The position numbers were made by a program, and so were the translations under genes. Below the pieces are notes generated by a model. It ran no database searches. It had not been told where the DNA came from and saw only the letters and a list, made by a program, of their open reading frames with translations. DNA of 64,000 nucleotides, taken from an uncultured Acidobacteriota bacterium. GTDB lineage: Bacteria > Acidobacteriota > Terriglobia > Terriglobales > Acidobacteriaceae. This document shows, one piece after another, positions 1 to 8,954 of this stretch (positions are counted from its first letter, which is position 1; the number at the start of each line of letters is the position of its first letter). Location: contig CAWIPV010000008.1 in NCBI GenBank assembly GCA_963838135.1, positions 693,464-757,463 on the forward strand, in the 5' to 3' direction.

Positions 1-1051
1 GCCTGGAGTTCGAGAATCTCGGCGATCATGGAGTCTTCGCCGCAGCGCCGGAAGAGGTTGTACAGGGTCTGCAGAGCCTCCGGATCGGTGCGTACCCGTG
101 AGACTGGCGCCATGTAGATGCGCCATCACATCTTCTTTGTCCTGCGCGAGGACTTGAATCGAAAACTCGTTGTAAAGGGTGAGCGCCTGGAGCGTTTCAT
201 TCGCCTTATAGAGACGCGCCGCGACCTTCACCACGCCATCGGCATCCTGGTGGACCGAAACCAGTTTGCGGCAGATGGGAATGGCGTTGTCGAGTTTATC
301 CAACTTCAGGTAGGCCGCCAGGAGATTGCGTAGCCCCTCGTGCCGCGAGTCCAGATCGGGGATTGCTTCGTAGAGTTCGGCCGCTCTTTCGGCATCTCCC
401 AACTCAAGCGTGACCTGGGCACGGAGCTCCTGGGCGCGAAGATTGTCCCGGTCCAGCGCGATGAGGCGGTCCAGAATCTTCTGCGCCGGATCAAGCGCGT
501 GGCGCTCGACCAGCGTGGAGGCCGCCTGCGAAAGCATCTCCTTGGCTTCTTTCTTCTGGCCTCCCTGAGTCATCAGGTCGGCGGTGCGGGTGATCACCTG
601 CACGTTTTCCGGATCGAATAGGACAAGCTGCTTGAGCAGCCGCAGAGTTTCCTTGGACTGGCCCTTGCGGGTGTAGGCCTCGGCGGCCTGAAGCAGCATG
701 GAGCGTGCGTCGCTGACCAGGCCCTGCTTGCGGTAAAGCTCGGCAAGCTTTTCCATGGCCGCCAGGCCATTGGGGTCGAGCTTGGTAATCTTCTTGTACA
801 TCGCGATGGACTTCGGCAGGAAGCCGTCGGCGGCATAGGATTCGCCGATGGTGCGAAAGCGTTCGATCGCCTTCTCATTCTGTCCGAGCCGGGCATAGAT
901 ATCGCCAACGGTATTGAGGATGGCCAGATCGTTCGGTTCGACTTGCAGAATCTTTTCGTATTCGGCGATGGCGTTCGGCAGCTTGTTCTGCTGCAAATAG
1001 CTTCTCGGCTTTGGCACGCGATTTTTCTTTATTAAAACCGAATCCGAACAT
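1..1051 (-). CDS. TPR-repeat protein; the 3' end runs off the window and the reading frame is interrupted twice (pseudogene or indel errors)
   Basis: Manual minus-strand translation gives TPR-like helices (YLQQNKLPNAIAEYEKILQVEPNDLAILNTVGDIYARLGQNEKAIERF...AIAMYKKITKLDPNG...AELYRKQG). ATG at 1051 has GGAG 7 nt upstream. There is no stop before position 1. It is absent from the ORF track because it is partial and frame-broken. Confidence 0.6.
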
Positions 1052-1492
1052 GATTGCACTCCGATGCGCCTGCGTCCGGCCCAAAGACTGCGGCCGTGAA
1101 CTTTGTACGCAGGGATCACCACTGTATTTGGCTTACGGTAACACAGCTTCGGCGGTGCCTGAAACCATCCAGAGGCCCCCCGATCACAGTTTAGTGGACA
1201 TGTCCTTATGAGGGCGCCAAGGAAAACCGGGAATTTTCAGAGCAATTGGAAGCACCTGAGGCTGTTGTCAGGGTTAGGGTTTCCGCCGGTATGAAATTTT
1301 CATCCCGGCGGGAACTCAATCTGCGGCTGCCTAGCCGTTAATGACCGTCGTTACCGGCGCAGCCATCCACAGCTATCACGACGGCGCAGCGTTTCGACCC
1401 GCAATCGGATGAACTCACAAAATTACATCGCCCATACTTTCAGTTACTTAAGTTTATTTTTGATTTGCAGGATACACTTTGCCGAAACAGAG

Positions 1493-1501
1493 TGATACAA
1501 T
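1493..1501 (+). promoter_or_regulatory. Candidate extended -10 promoter element for cspA
   Basis: TGATACAAT fits TGnTAnAAT and lies about 150 nt upstream of the csp start. No convincing -35 was found. Confidence 0.3.
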
Positions 1502-1647
1502 GTTCGCGCTTTTGATTTGGAAGGACGCAAGCGGTGGAGGCGCCCTGAGAGCGAGAAAACAAGCGCTGCTCTGGAACACGTATCTGCAGACGAAATCCCT
1601 CCGATTCACTCAGCCTGATTTCAATTCAAGAAGGAACACGTAACACC

Positions 1648-1848
1648 ATGGAACAAGGAATCGTTAAGTGGTTCAATGACGCGAAGGGCTTTGGTTTCAT
1701 CAGCCGCCAGAATGGCGAAGACGTTTTCGTTCACTTCTCGGCTATCCAGACAAACGGCTTCCGCAGTCTTAAGGAAGGCCAGGCCGTGCAATTCAACGTC
1801 GTCAAAGGACCCAAAGGCTGGCAGGCAGAGAACGTGACGGCAGTGTAG
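1648..1848 (+). CDS. cspA: Cold-shock protein (CspA family)
   Basis: 66 aa with RNP1-like KGFGFI and RNP2-like VFVHFS motifs, preceded by a long leader. Confidence 0.95.
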   Translation: MEQGIVKWFNDAKGFGFISRQNGEDVFVHFSAIQTNGFRSLKEGQAVQFNVVKGPKGWQAENVTAV

Positions 1849-1875
1849 TTTTCGCTCCAAAAAAGTTCGCTTGGA

Positions 1876-1906
1876 AAGGGCAGCCACTCGGTTGCCCTTT
1901 TCTTCG
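1876..1906 (+). terminator. Rho-independent terminator after cspA
   Basis: aagggca-N10-tgccctt hairpin followed by a T-rich ttcttc tail. Confidence 0.6.
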
Positions 1907-2039
1907 TGCCACGCAAGTACATGCCCTTGGTACTCTTGCGCCGCATCTGTAATCTACGTAGCATGGTTTTCCTAATCCCTGCTTGCGATAGTGTGCATCC
2001 GTAGCGCAATGTTGGGTTGCAATCCGCCCCCGTGCGGCG

Positions 2040-3011
2040 TTGGAGACTGACTTGAATAAGAGCGTGTTGAAGCAGTTTACGGATGTGAATCGTGAGCTCT
2101 GGCTTGTACTATCTTTGTTTGTCATCGCCGCGCTCTGTAATTTTCTTCTCGCCAATCGCGGCATGTTGCTCAGCTTTTACACTTTCCCGACACTGTTCTC
2201 CGCCTACCACTATGGACGGCGTCACGCCACGCTGACTGCCTTGGCCAGCGTCTTGCTCGTCGTACTGATCACGTTCCTGAATCCAAATCTGTTTGGACAT
2301 AGCACCGAGATGATCAGCTCGCAGAAGTGGTATGACATCGCGGTGTGGGGTGGGTCGCTGATTCTTACAGGCTTTGCGATGGGCACCCTGTATGACCGCA
2401 ACGCTCAACGAATGCGCGAATTGCGCGACACCTATCACGGCGTGCTGATGATTCTGCGGCACTTCATCTCCAAAGATACCTATACCCAGAACCACTCCTA
2501 TCGCGTCTCGATTTACGCCGCTCGCATCGCCACTGAGATGGGGTTCAGCGACGAACGCGTGGAGGACGTGCGCGCCGCAGCCCTGCTGCACGATATCGGC
2601 AAACTGGATATCAGCCGCGAAATCCTCCACAAAGCCTCAAACCTGACCTCGACCGAATACGACCACATGCGCGAGCACGTGACCCGTGGCGTGACCTTGC
2701 TGGAGCCAGTCGGCGGCTCATTGCGCCGGGTGCTGCCGATCATCCTGTCTCACCACGACCGCTTCGATGGGAACGGCAGCTACAACGACCGCTCGGGAGA
2801 TGATATCCCGCTGGAAGCCCGCATCCTCTCGGTGGCTGACGCCTACGATGCCATCACCAGCGATCGCCCGTACCGCAAGGGAAGTTCAACCTACGAGGCG
2901 CGTGAGATTCTGGAGCGTGGCGCTGGCCGTGAGTTTGATCCCGACGTCGTTTCCGCGTTTTTGCGCGCCTTCCACAAACAGCAGATGGAGATTCCCGACC
3001 TGGTGCTCTGA
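2040..3011 (+). CDS. Membrane-anchored HD-GYP-like (HD superfamily) phosphohydrolase
   Basis: N-terminal hydrophobic helices are followed by LHDIGK...HHDRFDGNGSY...ADAYDAITSDRPYR. The TTG start comes from the ORF track. Confidence 0.8.
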   Translation: METDLNKSVLKQFTDVNRELWLVLSLFVIAALCNFLLANRGMLLSFYTFPTLFSAYHYGRRHATLTALASVLLVVLITFLNPNLFGHSTEMISSQKWYDIAVWGGSLILTGFAMGTLYDRNAQRMRELRDTYHGVLMILRHFISKDTYTQNHSYRVSIYAARIATEMGFSDERVEDVRAAALLHDIGKLDISREILHKASNLTSTEYDHMREHVTRGVTLLEPVGGSLRRVLPIILSHHDRFDGNGSYNDRSGDDIPLEARILSVADAYDAITSDRPYRKGSSTYEAREILERGAGREFDPDVVSAFLRAFHKQQMEIPDLVL

Positions 3012-3336
3012 CGCGAATGCACTGGCTGAATTCGTTGCTCAATCCCCACGCAGCGGAGGCCGGTGAAATTGCGGTGACGCTCCGCGTCATCCCGGCCGCG
3101 GAACGAAATGCGGATGCCCACCGCACTGGTGCGCCAAGAGCCTCCGCGCAGCGCCAAAAGCAAGGACCCCTCTGGCCATACTTTTCGATTTTTCGGCTGC
3201 AGCTAGTCTCGGCGCTACCCCGCCCGCAGGGCGAAAATCAGAAATATGTTGACAATAATGGCGAATGAAGGAAGATAGAAAATCCGGCCAGAACACGTCT
3301 GCGGGTGGACCGGAGCTGTTTTTAGGAGTTCCACGA

Positions 3337-5316
3337 ATGCCGAACCACAGTATTGTCCTCGTCGAAAAAGCGTGGAGCCAATATGTCGAAAGCGGCAAAA
3401 TCGATCTAGCGATACTCAGGCCAGAGGTGGCCAGTTCGTGGCAGCGAAGCCGTAACCTCAAGGTCGATCCCTTCCGGGAGTCCGTGGGCACCGTCAACCA
3501 ACTGGAACTCCGCGAGCGCCTCTACGCCAAGCAGCGCCTTATGAAGGCGGCGCGTCCGTTCATGGAGAACCTCTACAATTTTGTCCGGGCTTCAGGATTC
3601 CAGGTGATTCTCACCGATGAGTTCGGCTTCCTTCTGGACGTGCTCGGCGATACCGAAATCGTTTCACAAACCCGGCAGGTGCATCTTTGCCCTGGCGGCG
3701 ATTGGAGTGAAGCAAGCAAGGGAACCAACGCCATCGGCACCGCCATTGCCGAGCGCAAGCCCGTCCAGATCCACGCCCGGGAACACTTTTCCCAGCATCT
3801 TCATTTCCTCACCTGCTCGGCCGCACCGATTTTCGACGCCGACGGCACCATGCTTGGAGTTCTCGACATAACCGGTGATCATCGCTTTGCCAACTCCCAC
3901 ACCCTCGGAATGGTCGTGGCGGGGGTCAACGCGATCGAAAACCAGCTTTCTCTGCAACGCACCACGCAAAAACTGTACCTGGCTTACCGCTATTCCAACG
4001 CCATGCTGGAAAGCATGTCGGACGGCCTTATCTCCATCGACAACCATGGCATCATTACCGCGATCAATGCCAAGGCTGCGGAAATCTTCGGCATCACCCC
4101 AGGGTCGGCAAAGGGACGCTATGTGGCTCAGGTCTACAAGAGCCCGCCACTTCTGCAACTGCTGTCCGACGGCATCGAATACCAGAACAAAGAAGTAATC
4201 ATCGAGCGCACGGGGAGAAAAATCCATAGCTCCGGCTCCCTCATCCGCGACGATAGTGGCGCCGTCATCGGCGCGGTTGCCGTGTTCCGCGAGAATGTCG
4301 GCCGCCTCTGGCAGCCGTCTCGCCGTCCAGCCCTGCCGCCTCAGCGCTACACCTTTGACGACATCATCGGGCAAAGCTCCGCCATCACGGAACTGAAGGA
4401 ATGGGCTCGCCTGGCAGCCGGCAGTCCTTCCACCGTTCTCATCAAAGGCGAAAGCGGCACCGGCAAAGAACTTTTTGCCCAGGCGATTCACAATGCCAGT
4501 TCCAGGAGGGATCGCCCGTTTGTCGCCATTAACAGCGCCGCCCTGCCCGAGCCGCTGGTTGAGAGTGAACTGTTCGGCCATGACGAAGGTGCTTTCACCG
4601 GCTCCAGAAAAGGTGGACAAGCGGGTAGGTTCGAAATCGCCGAAGGCGGCACCGTCTTCCTCGACGAAATCGGCGACATGCCCCTCGGCGTCCAGGCAAA
4701 GTTGCTGCGCGTGATTCAGGAGAAGAAAGTGGTACGCGTCGGCTCCGCCCAGGAAAGGCATGTAGACATTCGAATCATTGCCGCCACGCACAAGGATTTA
4801 CATGCCGAAGTGTTGCGCGGTACGTTCCGGCAGGATTTGTATTACCGGTTGAACGTGCTGGAAATTCGGGTGCCAGCTCTGCGCGAAAGGCTGGATGACA
4901 TCCCCGCCCTGACCGCGCATTTGACCCAGAAACTTGCCGCAAACCTGAATCGAAGTGGGATTCGAACCGACGAGAATTTCCTCAATACGCTCCAGACCCA
5001 CACCTGGCCGGGCAATGTCAGGGAACTTGAGAATACGCTGGAACGAGCCATCGTGCGGGTAGGAGACGATGGGATTTTGAAGGCTGAAATTCTCGATTTC
5101 CCGGAAAAAGAACAGCCCGACGCGCCGCTGCCCGCGGCAAGCAAGAGCGGGCGCAAGGCCCCTGCGGAAATCAAATCCTTACGCGATACCGAAAAGGATC
5201 TCATCGCCGAAGCCCTGACCATTTACGAAGGAAACATTCGGAAAGCTTCCGCCAAACTCGGCATCGGCCGCAACACTTTCTACCGGAAGATGAAAGAGTA
5301 CGGAATTACCGGCTGA
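3337..5316 (+). CDS. Sigma-54-dependent Fis-family transcriptional activator (AcoR-like: GAF/PAS, AAA+, HTH)
   Basis: GESGTGKE Walker A, GAFTGS motif, and C-terminal HTH (ASAKLGIGRNTFYRKMKEYGI). ATG 3337 has AGGAG 8 nt upstream. The ORF-track start at 3265 is the alternative. Confidence 0.85.
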   Translation: MPNHSIVLVEKAWSQYVESGKIDLAILRPEVASSWQRSRNLKVDPFRESVGTVNQLELRERLYAKQRLMKAARPFMENLYNFVRASGFQVILTDEFGFLLDVLGDTEIVSQTRQVHLCPGGDWSEASKGTNAIGTAIAERKPVQIHAREHFSQHLHFLTCSAAPIFDADGTMLGVLDITGDHRFANSHTLGMVVAGVNAIENQLSLQRTTQKLYLAYRYSNAMLESMSDGLISIDNHGIITAINAKAAEIFGITPGSAKGRYVAQVYKSPPLLQLLSDGIEYQNKEVIIERTGRKIHSSGSLIRDDSGAVIGAVAVFRENVGRLWQPSRRPALPPQRYTFDDIIGQSSAITELKEWARLAAGSPSTVLIKGESGTGKELFAQAIHNASSRRDRPFVAINSAALPEPLVESELFGHDEGAFTGSRKGGQAGRFEIAEGGTVFLDEIGDMPLGVQAKLLRVIQEKKVVRVGSAQERHVDIRIIAATHKDLHAEVLRGTFRQDLYYRLNVLEIRVPALRERLDDIPALTAHLTQKLAANLNRSGIRTDENFLNTLQTHTWPGNVRELENTLERAIVRVGDDGILKAEILDFPEKEQPDAPLPAASKSGRKAPAEIKSLRDTEKDLIAEALTIYEGNIRKASAKLGIGRNTFYRKMKEYGITG

Positions 5317-5389
5317 CCCGAGTTCCACATTCTCTCGGCGCAACCCCTCTGGTCATCCTGAATCCGGACCTCCGCGCATCCACGGCCGG

Positions 5390-7342
5390 CTACGCTTCAA
5401 GCATGACGCGATTGTTTGAGATCACGCGTACATCAACCTCTTCCCCGGCGGTAAACGATGTTCGCTCCGCATCAAGTATGGCGACCCCGTCGGCTCGAAT
5501 CAGTGTCTTCAGCATGCCGGTCATCTGTTTGCCTGAACTAAACGCCAGCAGTGATGTACCGCGGGATTCCAGCCGAACTCGCAGAAGCTTAACCGGACCG
5601 TTTTTCTTGGATACGTCTTCCTGCAGGATGGCGCGAACCAAGGGCCGCAACACGCGCCTGTATCCCATCGTCTTCAAGATTGCCGGCCTCACCAGCTCGT
5701 CGAACATAATCATCGATGCGACGGGATTCCCCGGCAGGCAAAAGACCAATCGGCCCTCTTTCACTCCGAACGTAGTCGGCGCGCCGGGTCTGACATCAAC
5801 CCCGTAGAACACCTGTGACATTCCCAGTTCGCCCAGTACCTCTCGCACCAGATCACGGTCGCCCACCGATACCCCGGCGGAGGTGATGAAAATATCGGCC
5901 TGAAGACCGATCGTCATCTTGGCGACGTGAGCTGCGCGCGTATCCTGCGCTATGCCCAGTCGTTCCACGATTGCGCCACACTCTTTAACGCAAGCCGCCA
6001 GCGACACTCCGTTGCTATCGACGACCTTGCCTGGTACCACCGGTTCTCCCAGCCCAACCAACTCGTCCCCCGTAGAGAGAATTGCGACCCGCGGTCGGCG
6101 AAAAACCGTCACTCGGCTCATGCCAAACGAGGCCATCATGTTGATCTCTGGCGCACGAATCACTGCGCCCGTCGGAATGACGACCTCGCCACGGCGCACA
6201 TCGTCTCCCGCAAAGCGAATATGCTGATGCCTCCGGACCGGCGCTGTGATCGTCACCCACTCCTCGCGGCCTTCGGCCTGCTCGAAAGGAACAATCGCAT
6301 CGCATCCAGCAGGTATCCGCCCGCCGGTCATAATCCTGACCGCGCGGCCTGGCTCCACTCGGACGTCTGACGACCCGCCTGCCGCAATGAATCCCACCAC
6401 CTGCAGTCTCACCGCTCCCGTGCAGTCGGCCACCCGTACCGCAAACCCATCCATGGCCGAGTTATCGCACAGCGGCATCTCCCACGGGGCCACAATGCCT
6501 TCCGCGGTCACCAACCCCAGCGAGTCGACCAACTCCACCGATTCCGTGCCCAACGTCTTGCTGTGATCGAGAATCAACCGCCGCGCTTCTTCAAACGTTG
6601 GCATCGCACTCTCCCCCCACGCACTCTCCCCCCACGCACTCTCCCCCACGCGGCGCGGCGAAGCGCAGTCTGAATGCGGCTCAGCAGTCCCGTCGACCCT
6701 TCCATCTTCCAAGTGAATCACTCTCCCCCCCAACCTCGCGCCCAGGCGTTCGTCGTGACTCGACATCACGATCGTCATGCCCTGAGCTGCAAGCGAGGCA
6801 ATCAGCGACTCCAGAATCTCGGCGCTCCCGCGATCGACGTGGGCGATCGGTTCATCCAAAAGCAGCACCTCGCCCTTGCACGCCAACGCTCGGGCCAGTG
6901 CCACTCTCCTGCTCTCGCCTCCAGACAATTGCCTGGCGTTCCTCGACTCGAATCCCGTGAGCCCAACCATCGCCAGCGATTCCTTCACCAGGCTCTGCAC
7001 GCGATCCTTGCTGACACCTCTTGCTGCCGGTCCAAATGCCACATTCGCTGCCACGGTACCTGCGAACAGATAAGGATGCTGATGAAGCAATGTGACTCGT
7101 TTGCGCAATACCGCGCACTCTTGCGCTTCCCACTTCACGGCCATGCCATCGAAGAAAACCTGTCCTCGATCCGGCTTTGTCAGAAACGCCATGAGCTTCA
7201 ACAGAGTGCTCTTGCCGGATCCGTTCGGCCCCGTTAGGAGATGAAGCCGTCCAGCCTCAAACGTCAGATCATCCACGGTCACTCCGGGCTCATTGCCATA
7301 AAGCACCTGAACGGATGAAAGTTGGTACTTGACGCTGTTCAT
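5390..7342 (-). CDS. Apparent fusion of a tungstate/molybdate ABC transporter ATPase (TupC-like) to molybdopterin molybdenum/tungsten-transferase MoeA
   Basis: ATG 7342 overlaps the tupB stop (ATGA). Walker A GPNGSGKST, LSGGESRR and LLLDEP motifs are present. There is no stop codon before a complete MoeA (MPTFEEARRLI...PGNPVAS...). The 260 aa upstream in the 911-aa ORF are out-of-frame overlap with tupB. Confidence 0.75.
   Translation of the reverse strand: MNSVKYQLSSVQVLYGNEPGVTVDDLTFEAGRLHLLTGPNGSGKSTLLKLMAFLTKPDRGQVFFDGMAVKWEAQECAVLRKRVTLLHQHPYLFAGTVAANVAFGPAARGVSKDRVQSLVKESLAMVGLTGFESRNARQLSGGESRRVALARALACKGEVLLLDEPIAHVDRGSAEILESLIASLAAQGMTIVMSSHDERLGARLGGRVIHLEDGRVDGTAEPHSDCASPRRVGESAWGESAWGESAMPTFEEARRLILDHSKTLGTESVELVDSLGLVTAEGIVAPWEMPLCDNSAMDGFAVRVADCTGAVRLQVVGFIAAGGSSDVRVEPGRAVRIMTGGRIPAGCDAIVPFEQAEGREEWVTITAPVRRHQHIRFAGDDVRRGEVVIPTGAVIRAPEINMMASFGMSRVTVFRRPRVAILSTGDELVGLGEPVVPGKVVDSNGVSLAACVKECGAIVERLGIAQDTRAAHVAKMTIGLQADIFITSAGVSVGDRDLVREVLGELGMSQVFYGVDVRPGAPTTFGVKEGRLVFCLPGNPVASMIMFDELVRPAILKTMGYRRVLRPLVRAILQEDVSKKNGPVKLLRVRLESRGTSLLAFSSGKQMTGMLKTLIRADGVAILDAERTSFTAGEEVDVRVISNNRVMLEA
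6605..6649. repeat. 15-bp x3 direct tandem repeat at the ATPase/MoeA junction
   Basis: cgcactctcccccca repeated on the plus strand. It encodes GESAW-GESAW-GESA in frame, and each unit carries GGAGAG on the coding strand. The last copy lies 4-6 nt before the MoeA ATG at 6604. Confidence 0.9.
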
Positions 7343-8034
7343 GCCCGTTGGCTCTCTTGCGCGACGGTCAGGAAAACATTGATCGCAAATGACACCGCCA
7401 TGAGAATAACCCCAAGTGCCAGGCCAAATGCAAATTCGCCCTTGCTTGTCTCCAGTGCGATGGCCGTGGTCATCGTGCGCGTAAAGAAACGGATATTTCC
7501 CCCCAGCATCATCGCCACTCCGACCTCCGAGATCACTCTCCCGAAGCCGGCAATAATGGCAGCCATGATTCCGAATCGGACTTCGTGCGCCAACTGCACC
7601 ATGCTCTGCACAGAACTGGCCCCAAGCGTGAGCGCCGTAGGAAGGATTCTCGCATCCGCGCCCTGCATCGCGCTCACCGTGTAGTTGGCCACAATCGGAA
7701 TCGCCAGAATCGTTTGGCCGATGACGATGGCTCGCGGCGTAAACAGCAGTCCCAGAAATCCAAGTGGTCCCTGCCTGCTCAGCAAACCATAAGCCAACAA
7801 ACCAATCACCACCGTAGGCATGGCCATCAGGCTGTTCAGAACGACCCGCACCGCCCGTTTCATTGGAAACTTGCCCAACGCAACCGCGATCCCAATCGGT
7901 ATTCCAATCACGGAAGCAAACAGCACGGACCAGATTGCCACGCTGAGGGATGTCTCTACCGCCGACATCACGTCCCTGTCCCCGGAGAGGATGAGGGCAA
8001 TCGCCGTTCGCAGCGATTCCGCGATCGAGCCCAC
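7339..8034 (-). CDS. tupB: ABC transporter permease (TupB-like)
   Basis: 231 aa polytopic membrane protein in an operon between the binding protein and the ATPase. Confidence 0.8.
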   Translation of the reverse strand: MGSIAESLRTAIALILSGDRDVMSAVETSLSVAIWSVLFASVIGIPIGIAVALGKFPMKRAVRVVLNSLMAMPTVVIGLLAYGLLSRQGPLGFLGLLFTPRAIVIGQTILAIPIVANYTVSAMQGADARILPTALTLGASSVQSMVQLAHEVRFGIMAAIIAGFGRVISEVGVAMMLGGNIRFFTRTMTTAIALETSKGEFAFGLALGVILMAVSFAINVFLTVAQESQRA

Positions 8035-8037
8035 TTG

Positions 8038-8916
8038 CTACTTCCCCTTGAAAGTGAAAAACACCGGCGAGCCCTGCACCGTGTAGTTGGCGATGACACG
8101 CTGTCCCTCGGCCCCCGTCACCCACTCGATAAACTTCATGGCAAGGTCGTAATTCACGTGCGGGAATTTCTTCGGGTTCACCGCAATCACCCCATAGGGA
8201 TTGAAGAGTCCCTTGGAGCCCGTCAATGCCGTAACTTGCTCCACGGTAAACTGCGTCATCGGCTGGCCTTTCTTTATCAGGTTCCGGCTGCCATCGAAGA
8301 GAATTGCCAAGTCTGTCTTGCCGTGATGGAACGCGTTATAAGTCCCGCGATCCGCCAGCGTATAGCCGCGCAACTCGGTCGCCATGTTGATGACCTCACC
8401 CATGCCCTGCCCTGCCGACCGGTACCACTGCCCCGCAGGCGTGATTCCCGTCGCAGCCCAGATTTCCTTTTCCTTCTGATGAGTGCCTGACTCGTCTCCA
8501 CGCGAGATGAAGACGGAGTGAGTTGCGGCGATTCGCTGGAACGCGTCTGCCGCCATCTTGCTTCGTTCAATGCCTGCGGGATCGTTTGCCGGGCCGATGA
8601 TGACGAAGTCGTTATACATTACATCGCGGCGATTCACCCCAAAGCCGTCAGCAATGAACTTGTCTTCCATCGCACGCGCATGAACCAGTACGACGTCAAC
8701 GTCCCCCATCTCGCCCAACTTCAGCGCCTTCCCCGTACCCACGGCGATCACATCGACCTTGCACTTGCATTCGCTTTCAAATGGAGGCAGCAGGACGTTC
8801 AACAACCCTGAATTCTCGGTCGAAGTTGTCGTGGACATCTTGAGCCGATCCTGTGCTGGAGCCGCAGAACACACCAATGCCACCAGCAGGGCGACCAGGC
8901 CGAATCTACATTTCAC
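8038..8916 (-). CDS. tupA: Periplasmic tungstate/oxyanion-binding protein (TupA-like)
   Basis: Signal peptide followed by the MSTTTSTENSGLL motif (the TTTS signature of TupA-type binders). Position is consistent with the operon. Confidence 0.7.
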   Translation of the reverse strand: MKCRFGLVALLVALVCSAAPAQDRLKMSTTTSTENSGLLNVLLPPFESECKCKVDVIAVGTGKALKLGEMGDVDVVLVHARAMEDKFIADGFGVNRRDVMYNDFVIIGPANDPAGIERSKMAADAFQRIAATHSVFISRGDESGTHQKEKEIWAATGITPAGQWYRSAGQGMGEVINMATELRGYTLADRGTYNAFHHGKTDLAILFDGSRNLIKKGQPMTQFTVEQVTALTGSKGLFNPYGVIAVNPKKFPHVNYDLAMKFIEWVTGAEGQRVIANYTVQGSPVFFTFKGK

Positions 8917-8954
8917 GCCAGATCCTCCAGTGGACCAGCTTTCACAACCAATTC

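Noticed and set aside
1283-1312. The ccgccgg-N15-ccggcgg hairpin as a transcription terminator.
   Set aside because: There is no U-tract on either strand, and no convergent gene ends nearby.
3664-4791. Long antisense ORFs, for example 3664..4791, 25366..26469, 26532..27626, 30284..31540, 31606..32823 and 60066..61955.
   Set aside because: Each lies entirely opposite a gene with clear family motifs. Each has an Arg/Gly/Ala-biased, low-complexity translation. These are shadow ORFs expected in high-GC sequence.
7343-8125. The N-terminal 260 aa of the 911-aa ORF 5390..8125 (MGDGGRGTACHRQ...).
   Set aside because: This part overlaps tupB (7339..8034) in another frame. It has a Gly/Arg-rich composition typical of off-frame reading in high-GC DNA. 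A proper ATG at 7342 overlaps the tupB stop, so I start the gene there.
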